Shown: positions 1 to 36,733, counted from the stretch's first letter. The stretch: DNA of 64,000 nt from the human T2T-CHM13v2.0 reference genome, Homo sapiens (GCF_009914755.1 NC_060943.1), one strand, 5' to 3'. The notes: a model not told the origin generated them from the sequence alone. Made by a program: numbers and translations.

Positions 1-10
1 TTGTTCCTAT

Positions 11-1358
<1,348 letters not shown>

Positions 1359-2154
1359 CCATGCAGTAGCTTTTAAGAGATCGTGTCGTTGCTTCTGTCT
1401 TCCGGGCCACAGAGAGGTGATGCAGTTTCCCCACTTGCATGGCTGGGAAAGTGAGCTGGCAGCAGGGAGGTTTGGACAGTGGCGGGAAGGCGGGACAGAG
1501 GCACACAGCAGCACCTCCCAGAGCGTGAAGTCTGCAGGCACCCAGGCTAACGTGATAGAAAGCAACACAGTTCCCGGTGGGCACAAATGGGCAGTTGTCC
1601 TTATAGAATGTTCTAGAGTGTTCACAGTCTTTTTTTTTCCCTGTTTAAAGAAACCTGGCCTAGCAGCCCAAGGTCTGCAGTGAAGTTGATGGAGACCCCA
1701 GAGCAGAACAGAGTTGGGTCTGTCTCGGAATATGGAGGATCTCGTGGTGGTCTCACTTGGGCTGAATAGGGTGACAGTGATGTCACTTGATGGGCGGGAA
1801 CGCAGGGAGCTGATCGAGGGCAGTGACTTTGGGCAGACGGCCCAGCCTAGGCAACGGGAGAGGCATCTGCGGCCCCCACCCCTCAATCTTTTTTTTTTTT
1901 TTGGCTGCACATCAAAATAACAATAGCTGTCTTTTGCGGCACCTTTAACCTGCTCGGGTACAACGCTCTGCACTGTACATAATCTTTTCAGCATCCCTGG
2001 CCCGCGACTCGCCAGCTCCCACATCATCTTATTTTAGATAGGGCTAATACCCACCACGCTGCAGCGCAGTGCGAATTCAATGAGGTTGTGGATTTGAAGG
2101 GCGGAGTGAGCCCTGTGCCAGGCTCACAATGAAAGCGAAATCAATCTCTTAGCA

Positions 2155-2325
2155 CAGGGCCTGTCCCGCTCTGCACTGTGGATGTTTGGGGCCAGGTCAT
2201 CCTCTGGCTGGGACCGTCCTGGGCACTGCAGGGTGCGGAGCAGCGTCCCTGGCCTCCACCCACTCCATGCCAGAGCATCCTGCCCTACCAGTCATGACAA
2301 CCACAAATATTCCCAGAGACTTCCA
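2155..2325 (-). mobile_element. MER20-like hAT DNA transposon remnant
   Basis: gtcctgggcactgcagggtgc...cctggcctccacccactccatgcc...tgacaaccacaaat. Confidence 0.75.
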
Positions 2326-2569
2326 TGCCTCAAAGGCAGGATTAAGGTCAGTCTGATGCCTCAGTTGAAATGGTGGCCCAGGAATGGCCTTGCAAGAGTC
2401 ACTTGTCACAGTGATGCCTCAGGTGTCCCCACTGGACGGCCCCCTTGCAGAGACCTGCCCTTCTGTCTGCGGGAGGGAGGGTCCCCACCACCAGCTCCCA
2501 CCCACTGCGGCATCCCTCCCCCAGGATGGCTCCCTGGTAGAGGGCGCGGCCTCTGTTAGGATGACTCAC

Positions 2570-3551
2570 CACTGCTGTTGTGGCCCCGAAGCAGCTGTAG
2601 ACAATCTGTAAACCGGTGGGCGTGGCTTTGTTCCAATAAAACTTGATTTATAAAAACAGGTATGGCCGGGCCCAGTGGCTCATGATTGTAATCCCGGTGC
2701 TTTGGGAGGCCAAGGCAGGCGGATCACCTGAGGTCAGGAGTTCTAGAACAGCGTGCCAACATGGTGAAACCCCGTCTCTACTAAAAATACAAAAATTAGC
2801 CAGACGTGGTGGCGCATGTCTGTAGTTCCACTTAGGAGGCTGAGGCAGGAGAATCGCTTGAACCTGGGAGGTGGGAGGTTGCAGTGAGCTGAGATCCCAC
2901 CACTGCACTCCAGCCTGGGCGACAGAGCAAGACTCCGTCTCAAAAAAAAAGCAAAACAAAAAACAAAACCAAAACAAAAGAGGTGCAGGCCAGAATTGTC
3001 CCCGTGGACATAGTTGGTCAATTAGATTGCATACTTTAATCCAGCCTCAGTTGGTGTGTCTGGGTTTTCTGGCTAGGAAGAATGCTGCTGTGGAATGTGC
3101 TGGAACAGATCCTTACGTGCGCTGTGTTGGAGTCTTTCCAGGTCAGGGGTTCTCAAACGGATTTCAGGACCCTTTACATCATCCAGAATGATCCAATAGC
3201 CCCAGGAGCCTGTGTCTGTGTGGATTATGTCTGCCGGCTGTTAGTGTGTTAGAAGTTGAGGCCAGGCATGGTAGCTCACACCTGTAATCCCAGCACTTTG
3301 GGAGGCTGAGGCGAGGATCGCTTGAGGTTGGGAGTTTGAGACCAGCCTGGGCCATGTAGCAAGACCCCGTCTCTACAAAAAATGAAAATTAGCCGGGCAT
3401 GGTGGCGCATGCCTGTAGTCCTAGCTACTCGGGAGGCCAAGGTGGGAAGATCACTTGAGCCTGAAAGGTTGAGGCTGCAGTGAACCAAGATTGTACCACT
3501 GCATTCCAGCCTGGGAGACAGAGCGAGACTTTGTCTCAAAAAAAAAAAAAA
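2570..3551 (+). mobile_element. MER58-like remnant split by a sense Alu (2663-2978), plus a sense Alu at 3260-3551
   Basis: gcgtggctttgttccaataaaact...ggccagaattgtccccgtggacatagtt flank the Alu. Confidence 0.7.
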
Positions 3552-4344
3552 CCAAATAAATTGAAAGCTGAGAAATTCAGAGCACAAGAAGACAAGCGCG
3601 CCCCCTCTTTTAGCTGTCAACATGGCGGAGCCGTCCCTGGTGACGCAGCCTCCAAAGGCCTCCCTGTGCCCTCCTGAGACCGCAAGAGGGAAAGTGGCAG
3701 CGACAGTGATCGTGGTGTCTTTGTGGCGGTTGTGTTGACCTCACTGACCCCCGAAGTGCCGCTCTAGGGTCTGTCCTCAGCGGTGACCCGGCCGGGTCGA
3801 AGGGCAGAGTTCCGCTGTCACTAGCCCTCCACCCGTCCTGTGTGCTGGGATGCCCTCGCGGCGCCGTCCACGCCACCGCCGCCCCCTCTTGTGGGTTCTG
3901 TCTCCTCCGTGTCTAGGATCCTCCTGCATCCGTTTTTCCTTCCTCCCTTCTCTCCCTCCGTCTGTCTTGCCCGCACCTGAGGTTGTCGCAGAGGCGCTGA
4001 GACGGGCCAGCAGGAGCTGTGGCTGCCCCTCAGGAAGGCAGAGCAGTTTCTCACTTCCTTCCCCCCAGGTCCCGTCAGGCCCCTGCAGGCACTCTCTCTT
4101 CCGGCTGGAGGTCCCTCCTGATCGAGGCTTACACGGTCTTTGCTGAGCTCCTAAACTTCTGGTTTCTATCCCTAAAGTTGGAGAACCACTGCTCCCCAAA
4201 CCCGGTGGCATTATCTGCCCTGCTGTGCCGCTAGGCAGTGTTCGGCACCCTGAAAGAGAGCCCCTGAATGTGGCACGAGGGGTAGGAAGTGGGCAGCTCG
4301 GTGGGGGGGGGGGGTGCAGTGAGCTTTTAGTCTTAAGTTTTCGT

Positions 4345-9797
<5,453 letters not shown>

Positions 9798-10894
9798 CCT
9801 TTACAAATTTAGAACAATTACTGCCTTACTGACCATGTTTTCTCTCACCTGTGGGGTCAGAACTTAACAATAACTAAGCTTCCTCCTTCGCGCTTCGGGT
9901 TGTGCAAGCTTCCTCCTGCCTGCTTTGGGGCCTTTCTGCAATGTTCCAGAAGCGGCATCAGGAGGCTGCCCAGCCAGCTCGTGAGTTGTGTTCTGGAGTC
10001 AGAGTTTTGTGCCAGCCTGGGCCAGGCCCCATCCCCACTTCCCGCCCCATTTGCCCCTGTCTACATCATTGTACTGGGAGACACTTCCTGTCCCTCCTAC
10101 GTAGCCCACGCTAAGCAGGGTGCTTCTATCCACCTCACCTTTCCGATGTGGGAAGGGCCGAAGTCATGGAGGGGCGGCCCGTCAGGCCCAGCAAGGGTGG
10201 CACAGATGTTGTCCCTAGTAACAGATGAGAGGGGATGGGCTGGGACTGCAGGCCTGGCTCCCCAAGCTGCTCCTGCGGGTCAGGGGCTGCCCATTAGCCT
10301 GGCCAGGGCCCCTCATTGGATCCCTCCTGGCCGCCCAGACCACAGCCCTTGCCCCCCTGCCTACCCGCCACCAGTTCTCATTGGCCCTGCCTCCCTGCTT
10401 AACTCTGCCGCCTTGGCTTCCCCTCCTCGGTCTGTCTCCTCCCCGACTTGTCCTCTGTCTGAGTCTGGCAGGACAGAGTCCGACCGTCTGGCCCCCTCCT
10501 GGCTCCGTCTGCTCCTCCTGCCGCCTCCTGCTGTCGAGGTCACTTGGTTCTTGGCCTGTCTGGCCCCCAGCCACCCTGCTGGCTGCCTGCTCTCCAGGCA
10601 GCCCCTCGCCCAGGGCTGCACCTCCGACCTGTCCTCCGTCTTGGGTGGGGCTGGGACTGTATTTTCCATCCTCTGCAGTGGTCTGGTTTCCCTCGTGCGC
10701 TGAGGCCCCTCTGCTTGGCTGCCCCTGGCTGCCCCATGCAGCTGAGCCATGAGCGCGGCCTGTGTGCCCCTCTCCCGCTGGCTGGAGCTCAGGATGCTCA
10801 CGCCGCTCTGGCAGATATCGCTGCTGCAAACATAGGAGGAGCAGCTGCCCCTCTGCGCACGTGGCCTTCGGACACATGTGAGGGCCGCTCTAGC

Positions 10895-11075
10895 TTGGGT
10901 GCTCACTGCGGGTGATTCCACCCTCCAGGGGACACTGGGGGATGTCTGGGGACATTCATGACTCGGGCGCTCCTGGCGTGGAGTAGGTGGAGGCCTGGAG
11001 TGCTGATTAGCACCCTGCAGGGCCCAGGAAGGCCCCACCCCAGAGAGTGATCAGACCCCAAATGTCAGCTTTGGC
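10895..11075 (+). mobile_element. MER20-like remnant
   Basis: gatgtctggggacatt...gcaccctgcagggcccagga...ccccaaatgtc. Confidence 0.7.
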
Positions 11076-11186
11076 AAGAGCAGTGTGCCTGGCCACAGAG
11101 GTGCTGGCCCGGATGCAGATGAGTGCCCCATCCATCCCTCTGAGCGCCGTGTGGCTTGTCCCATGCTGCTTTTCCTGACCCAGTGA

Positions 11187-14655
<3,469 letters not shown>

Positions 14656-14817
14656 TCAGCCTTTATCAGGTTCTTAGGTTTATGGTGAACAAAGAAAGAA
14701 AGCCTGCAGAGAAGGGCCTTGGCCTTCACTGTGACCCCCATGCTGTTTGCATTTGAACAGCCGTCAGGCCTTGGATCCCCAAGGGGCGAAAGGAGGAAGA
14801 GCTGACATTCTATGTAT

Positions 14818-14865
14818 GTCTCTCTCCTCCCTTTTCCTAAGGTCTCTCTCCTCCCTTTTCCTAAG
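14818..14865. repeat. Perfect 24-bp tandem duplication
   Basis: (gtctctctcctcccttttcctaag)x2. Confidence 0.95.
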
Positions 14866-14869
14866 GATG

Positions 14870-16090
14870 CTCCTGAACCAGGGCATTTCTGCCTCTAGGG
14901 GACACATGGTGATGTCTGGGGGACATCGGTTGTTGTCATGACTGGTGGAGGCCAGGGCCGCTGCAGTGCCTCTGCAGTGCCCAGCACGGCCCCACGGTCC
15001 AGTGCCCAGAGGGGGAGACCCAGCCCATCCCAGAGTGGTCAGCCCTAATGTCAGCCATGCTTAGGTCGAGAAACCTGTATTAATTACATGGAAACCAACC
15101 GAGTCCAATCCTGCTCGCACCAGGCACGGGATAAACTCCTGACGGGGCAGACGTGGAAACCAGGGGGACCCCCAGCTCCTGGGATTCACCTCCTCTCTCC
15201 CTTCCCACTCAGTGTGTGGATTTTAATGCGTGCAGCCTCCTGGGACCTCAGTAGGGCACAGCATCATGGGATAAGGAGTTTCTTGGGGGCCTGTGGAATC
15301 CTTCACCAGGGGGTCTCACCCAGGGTGACTTCACACCCCCCCACCCCATACCGTATGATGTCTGGGGACATTTGTGGTCGTCACAACTACGGGGTGCTCC
15401 TGGCATGGAGTAGGTGGAGGCCAGGGACGCTGCTCAGCACCCTGCAGTGCCCAGGATGGCTCCGCCCCAGAGAATGGTCCAGGACCTGGCCCCAATGTCT
15501 GCAGTGCCGGGGGAGAGGAACTTGTTGCCTTGGGGGCATCTAGATGGCAAATCATCAGGAGGGGGGGGTCCTAGATGGCAAACCACCGGGAGAGGGTCCT
15601 TGTTGGGTGTTGGTGGAGTGTGAAGGGGCAGCTTCTGACAAAATGCCTCGGCTTCTCCAGCCCCCAGATACAGCTCAGGTGATGAGCTCCTCCTTGCATA
15701 CCTGCTGAGTCAGGTGACCCGAGGGGCAGGCTGTGGAGCCAGGCCCCAGGGGTTGAGCGCATCAGGATAAAAGCGCACAAAGGGCGGGTGGAGCTGAGGG
15801 TCAGAGGAGGTGCCCTGGCAGGCGAGATTGGCGCTGGAGCCTTACCCAGGAAGCTCATAGGAAGCTCATGGATGCTGGCATGTGCCTCTTGCTGTTCAGG
15901 TGGGACAGGGTCTCTCTGTCTCGACACTGGACAGTGGGACCGTCCTGGGCACTGCAGGGTGCCGAGCAGCGTTCCTGGCCTCCACCCACTCCATGCTAGG
16001 AGCTTCTCCCAGTGGCGACAACCACAAATGTCCCAGACGTGGCCCAGCGTCCCCCGGGGTCTGAATCATGTTTGGTTGAGAAGCAGTGAC
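14870..16090. mobile_element. Three MER20-like copies (~14870-15078 +, ~15308-15525 +, ~15905-16090 -)
   Basis: Shared MER20 core and termini (gagaaacctg, ggttgagaagcagtg). Confidence 0.75.
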
Positions 16091-16188
16091 AGAGGTGACA
16101 CATGTTCACTGTCACAAAAGCTGCCGTAAGCACGAAGTATTAGGAAAAACTCCCAAGACCCCCATGTGTGCGTGGTGCCCCGTGATGA

Positions 16189-16809
<621 letters not shown>

Positions 16810-17039
16810 TAGCTCTGGCTGGGCAGAAATGGCCAAGGGGTGGTTTCCTGCACGTTCCTTGAGGGGAACATGGTACCCTGGGATTCCTTTGTGGACCTCT
16901 AGAGCAGAGTCCTGTTCGGGGCCTGCAGGTGTCTTCTCCGTGAAGCTTGCAGTGGCTGTGACGTTTCTGAACTTGCTGCTACCATGTAAGATCAGGAAAT
17001 GTCACAGAAAGATCTGGGTTTCCAGCTTTTTTATTTTTT

Positions 17040-19795
<2,756 letters not shown>

Positions 19796-19917
19796 TTTTG
19801 TACCTGGAATGTGCCTTAATATACCTGTGTGTTCTCAACACCAGCATATAAGCCTGTTGGGAGGGGCCTCTGCACACTGTCGGGAGGGGCCGTCCCACCT
19901 CGGCTCGTTTCCCATTG

Positions 19918-20188
<271 letters not shown>

Positions 20189-20261
20189 TGAGCCTCGCGT
20201 CCTGGGGCGAGCCCTTCCTCTCTCCTTTCCTCCCCTCCCGGGGCCCCCGGACTGGCTTTGA

Positions 20262-20650
<389 letters not shown>

Positions 20651-21186
20651 TAACCAGGATGGTCTCGATCTCCTGACCTCGTGATCTGCCTGCCTCGGCC
20701 TCCCAAAGTGCTGGGATTGCAGGCAGTGAGCCACCGTGCCTGGCCTCAAGCTTTCTTTTTCTCTCTTGTTTGTTTCAAATTTGGTGAATAGGTCCCATTC
20801 ACAGGGTCAAAATAGAAAGCACCCAAGACCACACATGAAGGTTCTCCCTCCTCTGCCTGGTCACCCAGTTCCCCTTTTTGGCGACATCACTGTTACCAAC
20901 TTTCCAGGGACATTCTGTTCATAAACATACACGCCAAACCACACCGCTTAGGAGTTGGCAAACTGCAGTCCACAGGCCTGCTGTGGTCCGCTGCCGGCTT
21001 TGACTAATAGTTTTATTGGGACGTGGTCACACCCATTTTTATCTTATTACCTGTGGTTGCTTTTGTGTTATAAGAGCAGAGTTGTGTAGTTGCAACAGAG
21101 ACTATGCGGCCTACAAAGCTGAAAATCCTTCCTATTTGGCCATTTGCAGAATCATTTTGCAAAGCCTGTTCTTTCTCCCTTGCCTC

Positions 21187-21188
<2 letters not shown>

Positions 21189-21223
<35 letters not shown>
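21189..21223. repeat. (TG)n microsatellite
   Basis: ~17 TG units. Confidence 0.95.
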
Positions 21224-21225
<2 letters not shown>

Positions 21226-21239
21226 TAAAATGTATGTAA

Positions 21240-21497
<258 letters not shown>

Positions 21498-22192
21498 TGA
21501 TTCGCCCGCCTCAGCCTCCCACAGTGCTGGGATTACAGGCATGAGCCACTGCGCCCGGCCAAAAATTTACCATTGGAACCATGTTTAAGCGCACAGTTCG
21601 GTGGCATTAAACGCATTTACGTTGTTACGCAACCATCTCCAGCACTTTGTCCTCTTCCCAAACTGAAACTCTGACTCCATGAAACACTCACTCCCTAGCC
21701 CCTGACACCTCTGCATCCTACTTTCCATCTCTGTGAATCTGACAACTCGGGGGACCTCCTAGGAATGGGATCACACAGGATTTGTCCTTTGCATCTGTTC
21801 ACTGACGTCACTGAGTGTGATGTCCTTGAGGTGCATCAGGCTGTAGCCTGGTCGGAATTTCCCTCCTTTTTGTGGCCGAGTGATAGTACGTGACGTGTTG
21901 TCTATAAACACGAGCATCTTGGCAACGGCGTTCCAAGTACAGGTACAGCAAGCACGCAGAGGTCCTGGGCTGGGACATTTATGGTGCATCTGTGGCCCGG
22001 TAGGGAGGTCAGTGAGCTGCGGGTGATGGAGGGGAGTGGCTGGGGCTGTGGGAGCCTCCTCACTGAGTCTGGGCCTTAAGCGCGTGGCTCGGGTGTGGTG
22101 TGGAATTGGTCTTTATTCTCTGCTAGGCGCATTTCTGAATCTGAGATTTTCTGAGAAACTATCTGGATTGTTATATGGAATCTGATTTTTAA

Positions 22193-22324
<132 letters not shown>

Positions 22325-22327
22325 TGA

Positions 22328-22707
<380 letters not shown>

Positions 22708-23829
22708 CCCTTCCAAGCTCTTGTGGTGGCTGATATAATCCACTACTTTGCGGTTGAAGGATGGGGGCTTCATTTTTTTTTTTTTAACTTGGTTCTTGGA
22801 GGCCGCCTGCAGTTCCCAGGGCCCACCTGCAGTTCCTTGCCCCATGGGCTTCTCTGATGTGGCTACTGATGTCAAGCTAGCAAGGGAGGTCTTCAGCTAG
22901 TCGGCTAGTAAGATATAGAGCATCGTGTGATGTGTCATCGTCCCAGGAGTGACAGTCCGTCAGCTCTGCTGTATTTTATGGGTTAGGTTTAAGTGACAGC
23001 CCTGTCCATACTTTTATGGGGAGAAACGCCTACAAATGCGTGGTTGCCAGGAGGTGGGGGTTGTGGGGCCACCTTAGGCTCCATCCGCACCAGTTATACA
23101 CCAGCTGCTGCCCGTTTACCCTGAGACAGATAACCTGCCCAGCCAGCACCCACGGGCTTCCTCCACCTCAGTCCCTCCCCTAGCAGAAGAAAACTGCATT
23201 TCTGCACATTGACTGTCACAAGGCAGGGGTGTCACCAGGCAGGGAAACGAAGATACCTGGCCGACCACACCTTGGGGTGTTTGGGTTCTTCGATTCATTC
23301 ATGCTTGTGTCCCGAGCCCTCTGGGGATGCAGGAGGCACAGCGGGAAAGGGAACAGGTGCTCGGTCCAGGCGGCCTTGGGGCAGACACTGTCCCTTGCCA
23401 GCCCCATGGGAGCTTCCAGGGATGCAGTGAGAGGGTCACGCTGAGCCGAGTTGTGCCTCGCAATGAGTTTGTGATGTGTGCCCATCGTTAGCACCTTCGA
23501 CTTCTATCATCTGCTGAGTCAGGCATCATACAAGATGAGACAGAGAAACGCGATTGCAGTCCCTGTCTTAGGAGGCACCCAGCCTGGTGTGGGAGACAGA
23601 TCTGCAGATGACAGACCAGGGAGATGCGTGCTCTGAGACAACACGCGAGGATGGGTGGCAGAGATGGCCGAGTGGACTCTGGGATTGGGAGGCTCAGATA
23701 GGTGGCTGAGCCCCAGGTCCTGCTCTGGGCAGTGCTAGGAGCTACCAGCCTTTGCCAGGGCTGACTTCTAAATGCAAGCCCTCTACACTGGTGTCTCTGC
23801 AGTGTGGGGGGTCAATTCATTCATCATTC

Positions 23830-28647
<4,818 letters not shown>

Positions 28648-28753
28648 TGAGCTGTTGCCCCAGGCATCCCGAGAACCCGTGGTGTTCAAGTGCTGTGAGT
28701 AGATTTAGGGGCCTCGGCAGGCCAGAATGTTCCAGCGTCCTCGTTCCTTGCAG

Positions 28754-28854
28754 GGATGATTCTCTGAACGACTGTCGGATCATCTTCGTGGACGAAGTCT
28801 TCAAGATTGAGCGGCCGGGTGAAGGGAGCCCCATGGTTGACAACCCCATGAGAC
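28754..28854 (+). CDS. UHRF1: UHRF1 exon 6 (end of TTD, TTD-PHD linker)
   Basis: ccttgcag|GGATGAT...AGAC|gtgagt; 101 nt; [33 protein letters not shown]. Confidence 0.98.
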
Positions 28855-28858
28855 GTGA

Positions 28859-29621
<763 letters not shown>

Positions 29622-29699
29622 TAGCCAGGATGTTCTTGATCCCCTGACCTCGTGATCCGTCCGTTTCGGCCTCCCAAAGTGCTGGGATTATAGGCGTGA

Positions 29700-29912
<213 letters not shown>

Positions 29913-30246
29913 TGATCTGCCTGCCTCAGCCTTCCAAAGTGCTGGGATTACAGGTGTGAGCCACCATGCCTGGCCTGGAGACCCCATTTCTACAAAAAAT
30001 GTAAGAAAATTAGCTGGGCGTGGTGGTGCTCGCCTGTGGTCCCAGCCACTTGGGAGGCCGAGGTAAGAGGATCGGATCGCTGGAGCCCAGGAGGTCGAGG
30101 GTGCAGTGAACTGTGATCGCGCCACTGTACTCCAGCCTGGGTGATGGAAGTGAGACCCTATTTCTTTAGAAAAGTAAAAATGAGGTCAGGTGCAGTGGCT
30201 CATGCCTGTAATCCCAGGACTTTGGGAGGCTAAGGTGGGTGGATCA

Positions 30247-30455
<209 letters not shown>

Positions 30456-30771
30456 CTAAGTCTCAAAAACAAAAAAAAAGGGGGGGTGGTGAGGAAATCT
30501 TCCCATGTTGCTTGAGTGGGTGAGACCTGCGGCCAGCCAGGGAACAGAGTGCAGGGGGCTTCACAGCTTCTGTGAGAGGAGGTTTCGTAGCCACTGTGTT
30601 CCTGGCGCACATAATGACAATTGCGGATGTGGATGGGGAGGTTGTGATGTGCTAGGCTCGGGTCTGAGGACCTGCCTGTGGTCATTCCTCCAGCACAGAA
30701 GTGGGTGTTGTTGTTGCCCTGCCCCCCCTCCCCACATCGTAGAGATGGGGAAACTGAGTCCACGGCAGTGA

Positions 30772-31324
<553 letters not shown>

Positions 31325-31357
31325 TAGGCGTGGGCAGTGACAATCCCGACCTCGCAG

Positions 31358-31481
31358 GTACTGCCCTGAGTGCCGGAATGATGCCAGCGAGGTGGTACTG
31401 GCGGGAGAGCGGCTGAGAGAGAGCAAGAAGAAGGCGAAGATGGCCTCGGCCACATCGTCCTCACAGCGGGACTGGGGCAAG
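31358..31481 (+). CDS. UHRF1: UHRF1 exon 8 (end of PHD, PHD-SRA linker)
   Basis: ctcgcag|GTACTGC...GGCAAG|gtgagg; 124 nt; [41 protein letters not shown]. Confidence 0.98.
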
Positions 31482-31568
31482 GTGAGGCGGGTCCTTCCCA
31501 CGTGCCCGTGGCCCCTCCCCGCCTGCCAGGGCTCACGCTGTTGTTCTTTGTGTCTGTGCCTGGGACAG

Positions 31569-31676
31569 GGCATGGCCTGTGTGGGCCGCACCAAGGAATG
31601 TACCATCGTCCCGTCCAACCACTACGGACCCATCCCGGGGATCCCCGTGGGCACCATGTGGCGGTTCCGAGTCCAG
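31569..31676 (+). CDS. UHRF1: UHRF1 exon 9 (start of SRA)
   Basis: gggacag|GGCATG...GTCCAG|gtacct; 108 nt; [36 protein letters not shown]. Confidence 0.98.
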
Positions 31677-32069
31677 GTACCTGCAGCGTCCCGGGGCTCC
31701 AGGGGCCACGCGGGCTCATCCTGCTTTTCTGGGGGCAGTTTCTCCTGGCTTTGGCCAGCCAGGGGTCAGGGTGGTTACCAGTGGTGCCTCGGCTAGCCGA
31801 GGAGGGGTGTGGAAAGCCTGCAGGTTTGGGTTTACTCCTTATTTTACCAGGGACCTGCAATGAATCCTTGGGGGTGGGGGCTGCTGCTCTGCTCAGAGAC
31901 ACGTAAGGTCATTCCCAAAGCTCCTGTCCCAGGGAAGGGGTGGCATCTGCTAAGAGGGACCTGTCTCAGCGCTGGTTGTGATCTATCATTGGGGCAGCCC
32001 CTGCCTGTGACTGGGTGTTGACAGTGCTGGGCGCTGTCAGCTGTGGGCTGTGTGTCACGGCAGACGAGA

Positions 32070-32260
32070 CACTTTGGCACTAGTGACATTGGAGCCAGAT
32101 GGTTCTCTGGGGCGGGGCCATCCTGGGCACTGCAGGGTGCTGAGCAGCATCTCTGGCCCCCACCCACTCCATGTCCTCCCAAGTCATGACAACCAGAAAC
32201 GTCTGCAGACATGAGTGTCCCCTTGGAGGCAGGATTGCCCCTGGGTGAGATGCACTGAGC
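32070..32260 (-). mobile_element. MER20-like remnant
   Basis: tcctgggcactgcagggtgctgagcagcat...cacccactccatg...tgacaaccagaaacgtct. Confidence 0.75.
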
Positions 32261-32410
32261 TGGGTGGACAAGCTGGGCCTCATCATGGAGTTCATGGGGC
32301 CAGGCGTGCAGGGCTAGGAGCTCCTGGGGCAGCGCTGTATCCCTAGTGCTCAGCGGCCAGCCGGGGCCCCATGCTCAGGCCAGGGCCTCTCAAGGCATTT
32401 TGTGGAGTGA

Positions 32411-32800
<390 letters not shown>

Positions 32801-32951
32801 TAGAGGCCGAAGAGGAGCATCGGAGATCAGCAGTGAGGATGCCCCGTGCACGCTTGATGGGGCTGGAATTCACGCCAGCTGGTTTTTTTTTTTTTTTTTC
32901 CATGGTGCAGCTCAACTCCGGCCGTCTCTAGCCGAGCAGCACACGTAGTAG

Positions 32952-34468
<1,517 letters not shown>

Positions 34469-34661
34469 TGATGCATATCTGCCGAGTCTTGGTTCTGTTT
34501 TGGGCCTCATGTCCAGCAAGTGATAGTCTCATTAGGAGCGTGGTAGAACATAGCGAAGCCTGGCATTTGGTTCCTCCCTCTGTCTCCCAAAGTGCTGGGA
34601 TTACAGGCGTGAGCCACTGCGCCTGGTCTGGTTCCTCCCGTATGTGTGCCACATACCGTGA

Positions 34662-34963
<302 letters not shown>

Positions 34964-35223
34964 TGATCTTCCCTCCTCGGCCTCCCAATATTGGTATTAC
35001 AGGCATGAGCCACTGCGCCTGGCTGATAGTAGGTATCTTAATGCTGGGCCTGGTGGCTCACGCCTGTAATTCTCGCGCTTCAGGAGGCCGAGGCTCGAGG
35101 ATACCTTGAGTTCAGGAGTTCAAGACCAGCCTGGGCAAGGTAGTGAGACAACCCATCTACAAAAAGTAAAAATAAAAAAATTAGCTGGGTGTGTTAGCAT
35201 GTGCCTATAGTCACAGCTAGTCA

Positions 35224-35325
<102 letters not shown>

Positions 35326-35832
35326 TCAAAAAAAAAAAAAAAAAAACCCCTCCAAAATAGATTGCTTCAGCTATGCAGGTCACACAGTCTATTCAGAGAA
35401 CCTCTTCAGCTCTTGTGTCGTAGCACAAAATCAGCCATAGACCATATGTAAGTGAGTGAGCATGGCTGTGTTTCAGTGAATTTTATTTGCAAAAGTATGT
35501 GATAGGCCAGAATTTGCTTGGCCCCTGATTACAGGATGGGGGCGGACTTTTCCAGCATAAAAACCATCATAAAGCCCAAAGGAAAAGACAGATTTGATTA
35601 TCTAAACATTATAAATATATTACATAAATAAATCCTATAAATTAAAAGGCAGATGACTAGGAGGAGTTCTTGACATGACACATGATGATAGTGTCTTTAT
35701 CATATAAAGAGCTGTTGCAAATCAACAAGAAACTCATAGAAGAGCTGGGTGCGGTGGCTCACGCCTGTAATCCCAGCACTTTGAGAGGCCGAGGTAGGTG
35801 GTGGATCACCTGAGGTCAGGAGTTCAAGACTA

Positions 35833-36000
<168 letters not shown>

Positions 36001-36697
36001 CTAGCCTGGGTAACAGGAGTGAGACTCTATCTCAAGAAAGAAAGAAACTCGTAGAAGAAAGCAAAGAGGCCAGGCGTGGTGGCTCACGCCTGTAATCCCA
36101 GCACTTTGGGAGGCTGAGGTGGGCGGATCACGATGTCAGGAGATCGAAACCATCCTGGCTAACATGGTGAAACCCCATCTCTACTAAGAATACAAAAAAA
36201 AAAAAAAAAAAAAAGCCTGGTATGGTGACAAGTGCCTATAGTCCCAGCTACTCGGGAGGCTGAGGCAGGAGAATGTCATGAACCTGGGAGGCGGAGCTTG
36301 CAGTGAGCCAAGATTGCTCCACTGCACTCCAGCCTGGGTGACAGAGCAAAAAAAAAAAAGAGAATATGGAAATAATGCACAAAAGAAGTGCAAAGTTGTA
36401 ATCAAATACAAACTGAGGCTGTGGTGAGATACTATTTGTTTCCCCTATAAAGTTGGCCAAAAATTCTAAAATGTTGACATAGGTCAGGGGTAAAATAGCA
36501 TTCCACTGTTGGTAGAAATACAAATTGGAACCATCTTTCTGGAAATCTCTTCTGCCTGTTTGTATGAAGAGCTTTATAAATGATCTATTCTTGTCACTCT
36601 AACTCCGCTTTGAAAAATGTCTTTAGGAGACCTCTGGCTAGGTAAAAATGTAAGATGTAATGTTTTTCATACCATTATCTAAAACAATTGGCACATA

Positions 36698-36699
<2 letters not shown>

Positions 36700-36730
<31 letters not shown>
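36700..36730. repeat. (CA)n microsatellite
   Basis: ~15 CA units. Confidence 0.95.

Positions 36731-36733
<3 letters not shown>

Noticed and set aside
9900-11038. Overlapping 175-267 aa ORFs on both strands in a repeat-poor part of intron 2
   Set aside because: Pro/Ala/Ser/Leu-rich products with no recognisable domain, open in several frames because high GC depletes stops; several starts are non-ATG.
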